Of a stretch of 39,196 bases of DNA, positions 7,386 through 15,563 are shown in pieces (position 1 is the first letter of the stretch; each line of letters starts with the position of its first letter). The notes below the pieces were generated by a model. That model ran no database searches. It saw nothing but the letters and a program-made list of their open reading frames with translations, and was not told the DNA's origin. The translations under genes were made by a program, and so were the position numbers. This stretch comes from an uncultured Planctomycetia bacterium (GTDB lineage: Bacteria; Planctomycetota; CAYHQZ01): the NCBI GenBank assembly GCA_964358555.1, contig CAYHQZ010000004.1, positions 1 to 39,196 of the forward strand, given 5' to 3'.

Positions 7386-9577
7386 TAACTCGCCCGTTGC
7401 GCGGAGCGAATCGCAAACCGCGTGCGGCCCTCGGGAAGGTCCGCCTCGACCTCCTCGCCGACGCGCCGCCCGAGAAGGGCGCGGCCAAGGGGGGCAAGGT
7501 AGGAAATCGCGTCCTGGCCCTCCTGGTCCCACGGCCCGAGCACGAAGATCGAGCGCTCGCCGCCGGTGGCGACGTTCGCGATCACCGCCCGGACCCCCGG
7601 GACGACGACCCCGTCCGGAATCGACTGGTCCTCGATCGCACGCACCTTCGAGAGCTCCTCCGAAAGTTCCCGGGCCCGCTGGGTAAGCAGGCCGCGGGCC
7701 CGGATGGCGCCCTCCCATTCGGAGTTCTCGGAGAGATCGCCGTGGGAGGCGGCCTCCCCGATCTGGCGGCTGTTCTCCGGGATCGTCACCTGGACCAAGA
7801 CCCGATGGGCCTCCCGCTGGCGCTCGATGCCGGCGCGGGTGCAATAGATCCAATTCTCCTCCCACCAGGGGCGGTCCTCCCGGACCACGAATTCCGGAAA
7901 GCGTTTCAAAAGCGACGCGCGGACGTAGACCGCAAGATCGACCGGGAAGTCCCCCGTCCGCTCAACGACGTCGAGGGCCGATCGGGCGACCGTCCGGTCG
8001 AGGGACTCGCAGAGCCGCCGGATGACGGTCCCGCGGCTGTCCGTCAGGAAGGAGACGAATTTCTTGAGCAGGGCCGCGTTCTCGCGGCTCGAACGGCGGG
8101 TCGTGGAAAGGTATTCGCAAAGCGACAGGACGCCGCGCAGGCGATCCGCGGGGGGCGGAATGTCCCCCGCCTCGGCGAGTTCCCCCTTTTCGGCGAGACG
8201 GATGAAAGCGGCGAGCGCCCCCGGACCGCGGGTGGCGGCGCCGAGCAGCATTTTGAAAGCCCCTCGGACGTCCGCCGCGCGGCCCTCGGACAGCAGGCAC
8301 TCGATGGCGCTTTCGGCGGCGTCCCAGCCGAGGGCGGGCAGGGCGGCGCGCAGGGACTCGGCCCACGAGTCGGGCGCCGCCTTTCGCAACGCGTCGAGGG
8401 CCCATCGGCGTTCCCGGTCGCCATCCAGGGCGCCGAGGAATGCGGCGATGGAGCCGCTCCCGCCCCGCTGGATATCCTTCACGACCGCCTCCGAGGGCGG
8501 GTCGGACGCCCGCCCGTAATGCTCGAGGACGTGGGCGGCGAGGAAGCGGCCGGCGGGCGGATCCTGGCCGGCGCGGGCGGCCGCGCGGGCCGCGAGGGCG
8601 TCGAGGATCGGGGCGCGGGAGGGCTCGTCGGCGTCGGCGAGGAAACGCCTCGCGGCCTCCACGGCCTCGGCCAGCGTCCCCGCCGCGGCGACGGCCACGA
8701 CGCCCTCGTCTGCGAGCGACAGCGGACGCTCGCGCAGCCCGAACACGGGCTTGGCGTTCGTGCCCTGGATGGAGATGTCGGCGGCCCGGGCCGCCTCCGT
8801 CCGGGCGCGACGCCACCAGGATGGCCACTCCGATTCGGTCAACACGCTCCCGATGAGGTCCTGCTTCACCTGCGTGACGCTCGCCTCCCCGCCCCGGATC
8901 CGGACGATCCGCCGGATGGCCTCCGCGGGACGGTCTTGAACGAGTTCCCGGAGCGCCGCTGGCCGGAGGATTCGCATCGCGCGCAAGTCGTCCGGATGGA
9001 GGGGGTCCAAAAACTCGATGGCCGACACCAGGGGAAACACCCGCTGCTCCCCGCCGACGAACCGGACCTCGAGTTCGCCCGTGGCCGCCCGGACGGACTC
9101 GATGACCCCCACCCCCCAGCCGCGGGGGTGGTGGACGGCCGCGCCGGCCACGAACCGCCGCAGCGTCCTAAACCGCCGCATGGCCTCGGAAAGCGGGGCG
9201 CCGCCCCCGATCCCCGACAGATCCATCCAGCGTCCGAACATCGCCTCGGCCGCATAGGAGCGCTCCAACGCCCGCTGGACGAGCGGCCGCATCGCCGACT
9301 CGTCCCCCCCGTGGGCAAGGATGGCCTCGGCGATCCGGAGGAGTTCGGCCGCGGCCCCCTTCTGGTCGAGCGATTCCGCGAGTAGCGCAAGCAGCGGCGC
9401 CGCCCGATCTTCCGCGGCCGTCCCGCGGAGGGCGTCGGCGGCCTCCAGGAACACGGGCGCGGGCACGTTTTTCGGCAGCGCCTCCAGCCAGGCGCTCTCC
9501 AGTGCATCGAACTGCGACGCGCGTGCCAGACCGGCGAGATCAACGGACGGCATGAAGGGGCGGTAGTGTGGAGGCAA
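7382..9577 (-). CDS. greA: Transcription elongation factor GreA with long N-terminal extension
   Basis: C-terminal EAASHGDLSENSEW, LGPWD and ISYLAPLGRALLGRRVGE are Gre motifs, preceded by about 570 aa of mostly helical extension. The start may be ATG 9553. Confidence 0.85.
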   Translation of the reverse strand: MPPHYRPFMPSVDLAGLARASQFDALESAWLEALPKNVPAPVFLEAADALRGTAAEDRAAPLLALLAESLDQKGAAAELLRIAEAILAHGGDESAMRPLVQRALERSYAAEAMFGRWMDLSGIGGGAPLSEAMRRFRTLRRFVAGAAVHHPRGWGVGVIESVRAATGELEVRFVGGEQRVFPLVSAIEFLDPLHPDDLRAMRILRPAALRELVQDRPAEAIRRIVRIRGGEASVTQVKQDLIGSVLTESEWPSWWRRARTEAARAADISIQGTNAKPVFGLRERPLSLADEGVVAVAAAGTLAEAVEAARRFLADADEPSRAPILDALAARAAARAGQDPPAGRFLAAHVLEHYGRASDPPSEAVVKDIQRGGSGSIAAFLGALDGDRERRWALDALRKAAPDSWAESLRAALPALGWDAAESAIECLLSEGRAADVRGAFKMLLGAATRGPGALAAFIRLAEKGELAEAGDIPPPADRLRGVLSLCEYLSTTRRSSRENAALLKKFVSFLTDSRGTVIRRLCESLDRTVARSALDVVERTGDFPVDLAVYVRASLLKRFPEFVVREDRPWWEENWIYCTRAGIERQREAHRVLVQVTIPENSRQIGEAASHGDLSENSEWEGAIRARGLLTQRARELSEELSKVRAIEDQSIPDGVVVPGVRAVIANVATGGERSIFVLGPWDQEGQDAISYLAPLGRALLGRRVGEEVEADLPEGRTRFAIRSAQRASY

Positions 9578-9597
9578 CGGCCCAAGATTTCCAGTGG

Positions 9598-10782
9598 CTA
9601 CGCCGGAATTATCGGTTCGGGCCTGCCCGCCGAGGCGAGGAGTTCATCGTAAACCGCCTCGATCCGACGAACCATCTCGGCTTCCCCGAACCTCGGGACC
9701 ACCCAGGCCTGCCCCGCAAGACCCATCCGACGGGCCTCCGCGGGATCCCCGATGAGCCGGAGACATCCCTCCGCGAGCGCCGAAACGTCCCCGGCGGGAA
9801 CCAACCACCCCGTCTCCCCGTTCCGGACGACCTCCGCGACCCCGTCGGTGTCGAAGGCGGTCACCGGAAGACCGGCGGCGAGGGCCTGGGCGACGGCCCG
9901 GGGCAGGCCCTCCCACAACGCCGCGTGCGCGATCGCGTCCATCGCGGCCAGCATCGCCGGAACCCGGGCGCGAGGCACGAGGCCCGCGATCGAAATCCGA
10001 TCCGAAAGGCCCATGCGCGCGATCTGGCTTTGGAGGCGATCCCGCAGGGGACCGTCCCCGACCCAGAGGAAGCGGGCGTCGGGACGGCGCGCCGCGACCT
10101 TCGCTACCGCCTCCAGGAGCAGGTCGTGGCGTTTCTGCTCCGCGAACCGCCCGACCGTTCCGAAGACGAACGCCCCCGGCGGGATGCCGAGGGAGGCACG
10201 GACCTCCGCGCGCGCGCTCGCCGGCGGACAGCGGAACGCCTCCACGTCGAACCCGGAGTAGATGGTGTCGAACTGGCCTTCGCGCCCGACCCCGGCGTCC
10301 CGGGCCTGGCCGACAAGGCACCCGGCGACGACGATGAGGCGGGAGGTGCGCCGGGCGAGGCGGCGCTCGATCGCGCGGAAGAGCCGGACCCGCCAGCGGG
10401 CCTGGAAGGGATGGAAGGAATGCCCGTGGATCGTGTGGACGACGACGGGCACGCACGCCCGGAACGCCGCAAGGCGGCCGAGCACCCCGGCCTTGCTCGA
10501 ATGGGTGTGGACGACGTCGGGCCCGAGCGCGCGAATCGTCCGCGCGAGCCGGAAGAGGGCACGGAAATCCTTCCAGGGGTGCAGGTCCCGCACAAGACAG
10601 GGTTCCACCACGACCCGGATCCCGGCCGCCTCCGCCTCGGGCAGGAGCGTCCCCTCGGAGCCGGTCTCGGGGCCCGTGACGAGCGTCACCTCGTGGCGGG
10701 CGGCCTGCCCCTTCGCGGTGGCCAGCGTGTTCTCCTGCGCCCCGCCGAGAATCATCCGGGTGATGACGTGGACGATCCGCAT
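9598..10782 (-). CDS. Glycosyltransferase family 4
   Basis: MRIVHVITRMILGGAQENT, VVHTHSSKAG, HTIHG, GRFAEQKRH, WEGLPRAVAQALAAGLPV. Confidence 0.9.
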   Translation of the reverse strand: MRIVHVITRMILGGAQENTLATAKGQAARHEVTLVTGPETGSEGTLLPEAEAAGIRVVVEPCLVRDLHPWKDFRALFRLARTIRALGPDVVHTHSSKAGVLGRLAAFRACVPVVVHTIHGHSFHPFQARWRVRLFRAIERRLARRTSRLIVVAGCLVGQARDAGVGREGQFDTIYSGFDVEAFRCPPASARAEVRASLGIPPGAFVFGTVGRFAEQKRHDLLLEAVAKVAARRPDARFLWVGDGPLRDRLQSQIARMGLSDRISIAGLVPRARVPAMLAAMDAIAHAALWEGLPRAVAQALAAGLPVTAFDTDGVAEVVRNGETGWLVPAGDVSALAEGCLRLIGDPAEARRMGLAGQAWVVPRFGEAEMVRRIEAVYDELLASAGRPEPIIPA

Positions 10783-10789
10783 TCGAATG

Positions 10790-11695
10790 TCAGCGATCCG
10801 GTATCGGGCGGGCCTCGTAGGAGCGGCCGCGCAGGAGGACGGAGGGGTTGTCGCGAATTTCCGAGAGGGTCTCCTCGAGGAGGCGCACGGATCGGTTCAC
10901 GCCGTCAAAGGTTTCCCGCAGGCGCAGCCTCGTCTCCTGGCTGGCGCCCTGGACGTCGCCTAGGGAGGAATCGAGCCGTTTGAGGATGTCGTCGAGCCGG
11001 ACCGCGGCCTTCTGGACCGACTCCGCGCCGTCGGCGGCGGCCTTCACGGTGCGGTTCAGGCCGCCCTCGTTCTCCTGGAACGCCTTGTCGATCCGCGCGA
11101 GCACCCCCCGGAAGTCCTTCGTCGCCCCGTTCAGTTCCTCCAGGGCCTTGCGGAGATCCTCGCCTTGGAAAAAGGTGCGGACCTCGTCGATGGTGCTCTT
11201 CATGGACCCGATGGTCTCCCGAACGTCCTTCTGGAGCAGGCTCTTGACCTCCTCGAGGGTCTGGTCGAGGCGCTCGGCGATGTGGAAATAGGACTTCGCG
11301 GGGGACGCCCGGACCTCGTTTTTCTCGAGCGCCATCCCCGGCGGGGTCTTGTCCACGAACCGCAGATCGATCCACTTCTGCCCCGACGGGAACTTCGTCT
11401 CGAGAACCGCGACAACCTTCGCGGCGTCGACGTCCACCTGAAGCTCGAACTCGACGAGGACGCACTGAATGTCGCGGGGGTCGAGGTCGAAGGAGAGGAC
11501 CCGGCCCTTCCGGACGCCGTTCACCGTCACGGAAGCGCCGGGCATGAGCCCGTCCACGGACTCCCGGAAGGAAACCGTGTAGCCCTTCGCCAGCATCGAA
11601 CGCTCGGTCTTCATCTGCCGGAGGGTCCAGACGAGCCCCGTCCCGACGGCGGCGGCGAACGCCAGGACCGCGACGAGGGTTTTCAGGCCGCGCAT
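10790..11695 (-). CDS. mlaD: MlaD/MCE-family substrate-binding protein
   Basis: N-terminal TM, FRESVDGLMPGASVTVNGVRKGRV, SGQKWIDL, coiled-coil tail ending NPSVLLRG. Start set at ATG 11695. Confidence 0.8.
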   Translation of the reverse strand: MRGLKTLVAVLAFAAAVGTGLVWTLRQMKTERSMLAKGYTVSFRESVDGLMPGASVTVNGVRKGRVLSFDLDPRDIQCVLVEFELQVDVDAAKVVAVLETKFPSGQKWIDLRFVDKTPPGMALEKNEVRASPAKSYFHIAERLDQTLEEVKSLLQKDVRETIGSMKSTIDEVRTFFQGEDLRKALEELNGATKDFRGVLARIDKAFQENEGGLNRTVKAAADGAESVQKAAVRLDDILKRLDSSLGDVQGASQETRLRLRETFDGVNRSVRLLEETLSEIRDNPSVLLRGRSYEARPIPDR

Positions 11696-11705
11696 GGCGT
11701 GGAGT

Positions 11706-12494
11706 CTACCCTCGATCCGCCGCCGCAGGTTCACGCGCGGCCTCCCCCGGCGAGGGCGCCTCCGGACGCAAGAACCCCTGGACGCGCGGATCCGCGGAGG
11801 CGTCCAGGTCCGCGAACGTCCCGCTCGCCGCCACCTCGCCCGCGACCAGCAGCGTCGCGCGATCGGCGACCCGACGGGCGCTGCCAAGATCGTGCGTCAC
11901 GATCACGAGGGTCACCCGCCAGAGCCTTTTTACCCGCAGGATCAGGGCGTCGAGGCCGGCGGCGGTAACGGGGTCGAGGCCCGCCGTCGGCTCGTCGAGG
12001 AAGAGGATTTCGGGGTCGAGCACGAGGGCGCGCGCGAGGGCGACGCGCTTCTTCATCCCGCCCGAAAGATCCGACGGCATCTTCGAGGCGGCCTCCCGAA
12101 GGCCCACGGCCTCGAGCTTCGCGAGGGCCGTCCGCTCGAGGGCGCGCTCCGGAAGCCCCGGGGCGTGCTCGCGGAGCGGGAAGAGGACGTTCTCCAGGAC
12201 CGAAAGGCTGCCGAAGAGGGCCCCGCCCTGGAAGAGAAGGCCCACCCGGCGCAGGAGCCTCGGGCGATCGGCCTCGGAAAGCGCGTGGATCGGCTCGCCG
12301 AGGATCCGGATCTCCCCCGCCAAGGGCCGAAGGAGCCCCACGAGCATCCGCAGCAGCGTCGTCTTCCCGCAGCCGCTCGTCCCGAGGACCGCGTGGGCTT
12401 CGCCCGCGGGAACTTCGAGATCCACCCCGCGCAGGACCGCGCCGGCCCCGTATCCCCCCGTAACCCCGCGCGCGAAAACCGGCGGGCCGCTCAT
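11706..12494 (-). CDS. mlaF: MlaF-like ABC transporter ATP-binding protein
   Basis: GTSGCGKT, LFQGGALFGSLSVLENV, LSGGMKKRVALARAL, DEPTAGLDP, VTHD. Confidence 0.9.
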   Translation of the reverse strand: MSGPPVFARGVTGGYGAGAVLRGVDLEVPAGEAHAVLGTSGCGKTTLLRMLVGLLRPLAGEIRILGEPIHALSEADRPRLLRRVGLLFQGGALFGSLSVLENVLFPLREHAPGLPERALERTALAKLEAVGLREAASKMPSDLSGGMKKRVALARALVLDPEILFLDEPTAGLDPVTAAGLDALILRVKRLWRVTLVIVTHDLGSARRVADRATLLVAGEVAASGTFADLDASADPRVQGFLRPEAPSPGEAAREPAAADRG

Positions 12495-13606
12495 GCGAGC
12501 ACCCCCACCAGGTAGAAGAGGGCCGTCAGCGCCCCGTCCGCGACGATGGTGAGGACGATGGAAGCGACGACCGCCCGGGTCGCCGCGACACCGACCCCCT
12601 CCCCGCCGCCTTTCACCCGGAGGCCGAAGAAGGCCGCAAGGCTGCCAATGATTCCCGCGAACACGACGCTCTTCGAAAGGCCCGTGAGGACATCCTGGGG
12701 GTGCAGGTCCATGAAGAGCCAGGTCCGGAAGTAGAGCGGGTCCTGGCGGAGATCCAGGGCGCAGAACATGTAGCCCCCGAAAATCCCCGCGGCGTCGGCG
12801 ATGAAGGTGAGGCAGGGCAGCATGACGAGCAGCCCCAGCACCCGGGGGATGACGAGGTGATCCGTCTCGGAGACGCCCAGGCTCTTCAGGGCGTCGATCT
12901 CCTCGTTCACGCGCATCGTCCCGATCTCCGCCGCGATCGCCGCCCCCGAGCGGCCCGCGACGAGGACGGCCGCGAGGAGAGGCCCTATCTCGCGCGTCAT
13001 GGACATGGAGACGAGGTCGATGACGTAGTCCTGGACCCCGAACAGCCTAAGCTGGATGGCGGCCTGGAGCGCCAGCGTCAGCCCCATGAGCCCGCAGCAC
13101 AGCGCCACGAGGGGGGATGCGTTGATCCCGATGCGGACCATCTGGTCCAGCGCCAGCACCGTCCGAAACCCCCGCCGCCGGAAGGGGGCGCGAACGGAGG
13201 CCGCCAGGAGGTAGCCGAGGAAGGCGAGGTAATCCCCCGCCGTCGAGAGGGCCGAGAGCCCCCGGCGCAGGAGCCGGCGCAGGCCGCCCCGCCCCGGACG
13301 CGGGAGCGGATCCGTCCGGATGCCGGCGTGCTCGATCCCGTCCCGGACAACCGCCGGGGTCTGCTCGAGTTCGAAACCCCGGCCCGCGGCCTCGGCGATC
13401 GCGCGGGCCTCCAGCAGGACCGCGGCCCCCGCCGTGTCGATCCGCTGCAGGCCCTGAAGCGAAATCCAGAGGGTCCCCCGGCCCGAACGCGCGGCTTTCC
13501 GGACCGCCTCCAGGAAGGCCGGCGCCGTCCGGAACGTCAGCGCCCCCGAAAGCCGGAGGGCCTCCTCGTCGGCCTCGATCGTGAGATCCGGAAAGTCCTT
13601 CGGCAT
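12491..13606 (-). CDS. mlaE: MlaE-family permease with N-terminal STAS domain
   Basis: STAS-like IDTAGAAVL followed by REIGPLLAAVLVAGRSGAAIAAEIGTMRVNEEIDAL and GVGVAATRAVV. The true start is ATG 13606; the longer ORF is the antisense shadow of der. Confidence 0.9.
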   Translation of the reverse strand: MPKDFPDLTIEADEEALRLSGALTFRTAPAFLEAVRKAARSGRGTLWISLQGLQRIDTAGAAVLLEARAIAEAAGRGFELEQTPAVVRDGIEHAGIRTDPLPRPGRGGLRRLLRRGLSALSTAGDYLAFLGYLLAASVRAPFRRRGFRTVLALDQMVRIGINASPLVALCCGLMGLTLALQAAIQLRLFGVQDYVIDLVSMSMTREIGPLLAAVLVAGRSGAAIAAEIGTMRVNEEIDALKSLGVSETDHLVIPRVLGLLVMLPCLTFIADAAGIFGGYMFCALDLRQDPLYFRTWLFMDLHPQDVLTGLSKSVVFAGIIGSLAAFFGLRVKGGGEGVGVAATRAVVASIVLTIVADGALTALFYLVGVLA

Positions 13607-13626
13607 GATCTTCGCTCGCCGCCGCC

Positions 13627-13636
13627 AGTATAGACT
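13627..13636. promoter_or_regulatory. Overlapping divergent -10 elements between mlaE and der
   Basis: AGTATAGACT gives TAGACT on + and TATACT on -, in the centre of a 51-bp GC-rich intergenic gap. Confidence 0.45.
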
Positions 13637-13657
13637 GCACCGCCCGAGGCGACCCGC

Positions 13658-14977
13658 ATGAAGACCCTCCCCGTCGTGGCCATCGTCGGCCGGCCGAACG
13701 TCGGAAAGTCCACCCTCTTCAACCGCCTGACGGGCCGCCGGATCTCGATCGAGGACTCGACCCGGGGGACGACCCGCGACCGGATCTCCGCCAACGTCAC
13801 GGAGGGCGGCGCCCCGTTTGCGCTCGTGGACACCGGGGGGATGTTCATCGACGACCCCGACGCCCTCACGGCGCTCATCCACGAGCAGATCGAACAGGCC
13901 CTTTTGGAGGCGGACGTCCTCGTGCTGACCGTGGACGCCCGGGAGGAGCGGACGGCGCTGGACGATCGCGTAGCCGAACGCCTCCGGACCCTCGACAAGA
14001 CCGTCGTCGTCGCCGCGAACATGTGCGACACCCAGGCTAGCGCGGACTCCATCTCCGCGTTCGCGGGGATGGGCTGCGGCGGGGCCGTCGCCGTCGCCGC
14101 CATGGCCGGCGACGGCTGCGACGACCTCCTGGCGCGGATCCGGACGGTGCTGCCCGCCCTGGGCGCGCCGGCCGTGCCCCCCGACATCGCGGTGAAAATC
14201 GCATTCGTCGGGCGGCGGAACACGGGCAAGTCCACCCTGTTGAACGCCCTCGCGGGGGAAACCCGCGTAATCGTGAGCGAAGTCCCCGGCACCACCCGCG
14301 ACGCGGTGGACGTCGAGATCCGGTGGAAGGACAAATCCATCCTCGCCATCGACACCGCCGGAATCCGGCCCAAGGGCAAGACCGACAGTTCGATCGAATT
14401 CTTCTCGCTGGAGCGGACGGAACGCGCGATCCGCCGCGCCGACATCTGCGTGCTCCTGCTCGACGCGCGCGAGGAGATCACGGCCCTCGACCGCCGGATC
14501 GGAAGCCTGCTCGAGGAATCCTCCAAGCCGGTCATCCTCGGGGTGAACAAGTGGGATCTTGCAAAGAGCGCCACCACCGAGCAATACGCGACCTATCTGA
14601 TCAACCGCTTCCCCGGTCTTTCCTACGCCCCGGTGGCGTTCCTCTCCGCCAAGGAGAAAACGAACCTCGACGGGCTCCTGTCGCTCGCCTTCTCCCTCTA
14701 CCGCCAGGCGAACACGCGGGTCGGAACGGGCGTGCTGAACCGAGCGCTGCGGTCGGCCTTCGCGCGCGAAACCCCCGTGCGCCGGCGCGACGCGAAATTC
14801 CCGAAGCTCTTTTACGGAACCCAGGCGGGCGTCTCGCCGCCGACCTTCATCTGCTTCGTCAACGACCCCTCGCTGTTCGGCTCCCGCTACGAGCGGACGC
14901 TCGCCCAGTTCCTGCGCCGCCACCTCCCCTTCCCCGAGATTCCGCTCCGGATCAAGTTCCGCGGGCGGGCGCGGTAG
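13658..14977 (+). CDS. der: Ribosome biogenesis GTPase Der (EngA)
   Basis: Two tandem GTPase domains (GRPNVGKSTLFNRL/GTTRD/DTGG and GRRNTGKSTL/PGTTRD/DTAG/NKWD) plus a KH-like C-terminus (YGTQ...PPTF..FVN). Confidence 0.95.
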   Translation: MKTLPVVAIVGRPNVGKSTLFNRLTGRRISIEDSTRGTTRDRISANVTEGGAPFALVDTGGMFIDDPDALTALIHEQIEQALLEADVLVLTVDAREERTALDDRVAERLRTLDKTVVVAANMCDTQASADSISAFAGMGCGGAVAVAAMAGDGCDDLLARIRTVLPALGAPAVPPDIAVKIAFVGRRNTGKSTLLNALAGETRVIVSEVPGTTRDAVDVEIRWKDKSILAIDTAGIRPKGKTDSSIEFFSLERTERAIRRADICVLLLDAREEITALDRRIGSLLEESSKPVILGVNKWDLAKSATTEQYATYLINRFPGLSYAPVAFLSAKEKTNLDGLLSLAFSLYRQANTRVGTGVLNRALRSAFARETPVRRRDAKFPKLFYGTQAGVSPPTFICFVNDPSLFGSRYERTLAQFLRRHLPFPEIPLRIKFRGRAR

Positions 14978-15043
14978 GAAACATGCGCCGGACGAGGACG
15001 CGAACCGCTCGCTCCCCGGGGAAATCCGCGAGCGCCCAGGCAG

Positions 15044-15265
15044 CTATCTCTTGCTCACGTGCAGGAACGTGAGACCGACGACCTCATCGCCGTCGTAGCG
15101 GACGATCACGTCGTCGTCCGTCAGCTCGCTATCCGTCGCATGGCTCGGCTTCTTGAAATTGACATAGAGGGTGTCCGCCTCCTGATCGTAGGTGGACCAT
15201 AGATAACCCCGAGGAGATTCGCGGACGGCGGGCACCAACTTCAGGTATTCAAGAACGTTCGTCAT
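15044..15265 (-). CDS. DUF2283-family small protein (putative antitoxin partner)
   Basis: YDQEADTLYVNF...SELTDDDVIVRYD..EVVGLTFLHVSKR. ATG 15265 overlaps the upstream stop (ATGA). Confidence 0.8.
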   Translation of the reverse strand: MTNVLEYLKLVPAVRESPRGYLWSTYDQEADTLYVNFKKPSHATDSELTDDDVIVRYDGDEVVGLTFLHVSKR

Positions 15266-15563
15266 GGCCAGACCTGCTTTCGTTGCTTGAGCGTGCGCTC
15301 CCGAAGCGTCCAGAACGCCATGATGATGAACCCATCGTACTTCCCTTCCCGATATACAACAACCATCACTTGCCGGGTTCGTACTGCCGAATCGCCAGGA
15401 GTTCGCCGGCACCCCCCTCCAAGACCCGGTCGGGATTTGCGACGGTTTCGAGCACTTCCAACCGGAGCCCGGCCAGCTCGCAATGCTCCTCGGTGATGTG
15501 CAACCATCGCTCGTCGGTCAGTCGGATGGTCAGGCCGGCGCGGGAAACGACTGTAACGTTCAC
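15262..15563 (-). pseudogene. Frameshifted small toxin-like gene (DUF4258/RelE-like partner of DUF2283)
   Basis: IRLTDERWLHITEEHCELAG...EPGK-TGA continues in a shifted frame as MVVVYRE..DGFIIMAFWT...KQVWP. Adding one base near 15367 (AAG TG ATG to AAG TGG ATG) gives a continuous ORF of about 100 aa coupled at both ends. Confidence 0.7.

Noticed and set aside
13607-14923. 810-aa MlaE ORF extension and other long antisense or alternative-frame ORFs (e.g. 1864-4659, 7265-9385, 15635-18709, 20861-23893, 23737-26340, 35107-37056)
   Set aside because: These are shadow ORFs typical of high-GC DNA. They are Arg/Pro/Gly-rich with no motifs and overlap well-supported genes.
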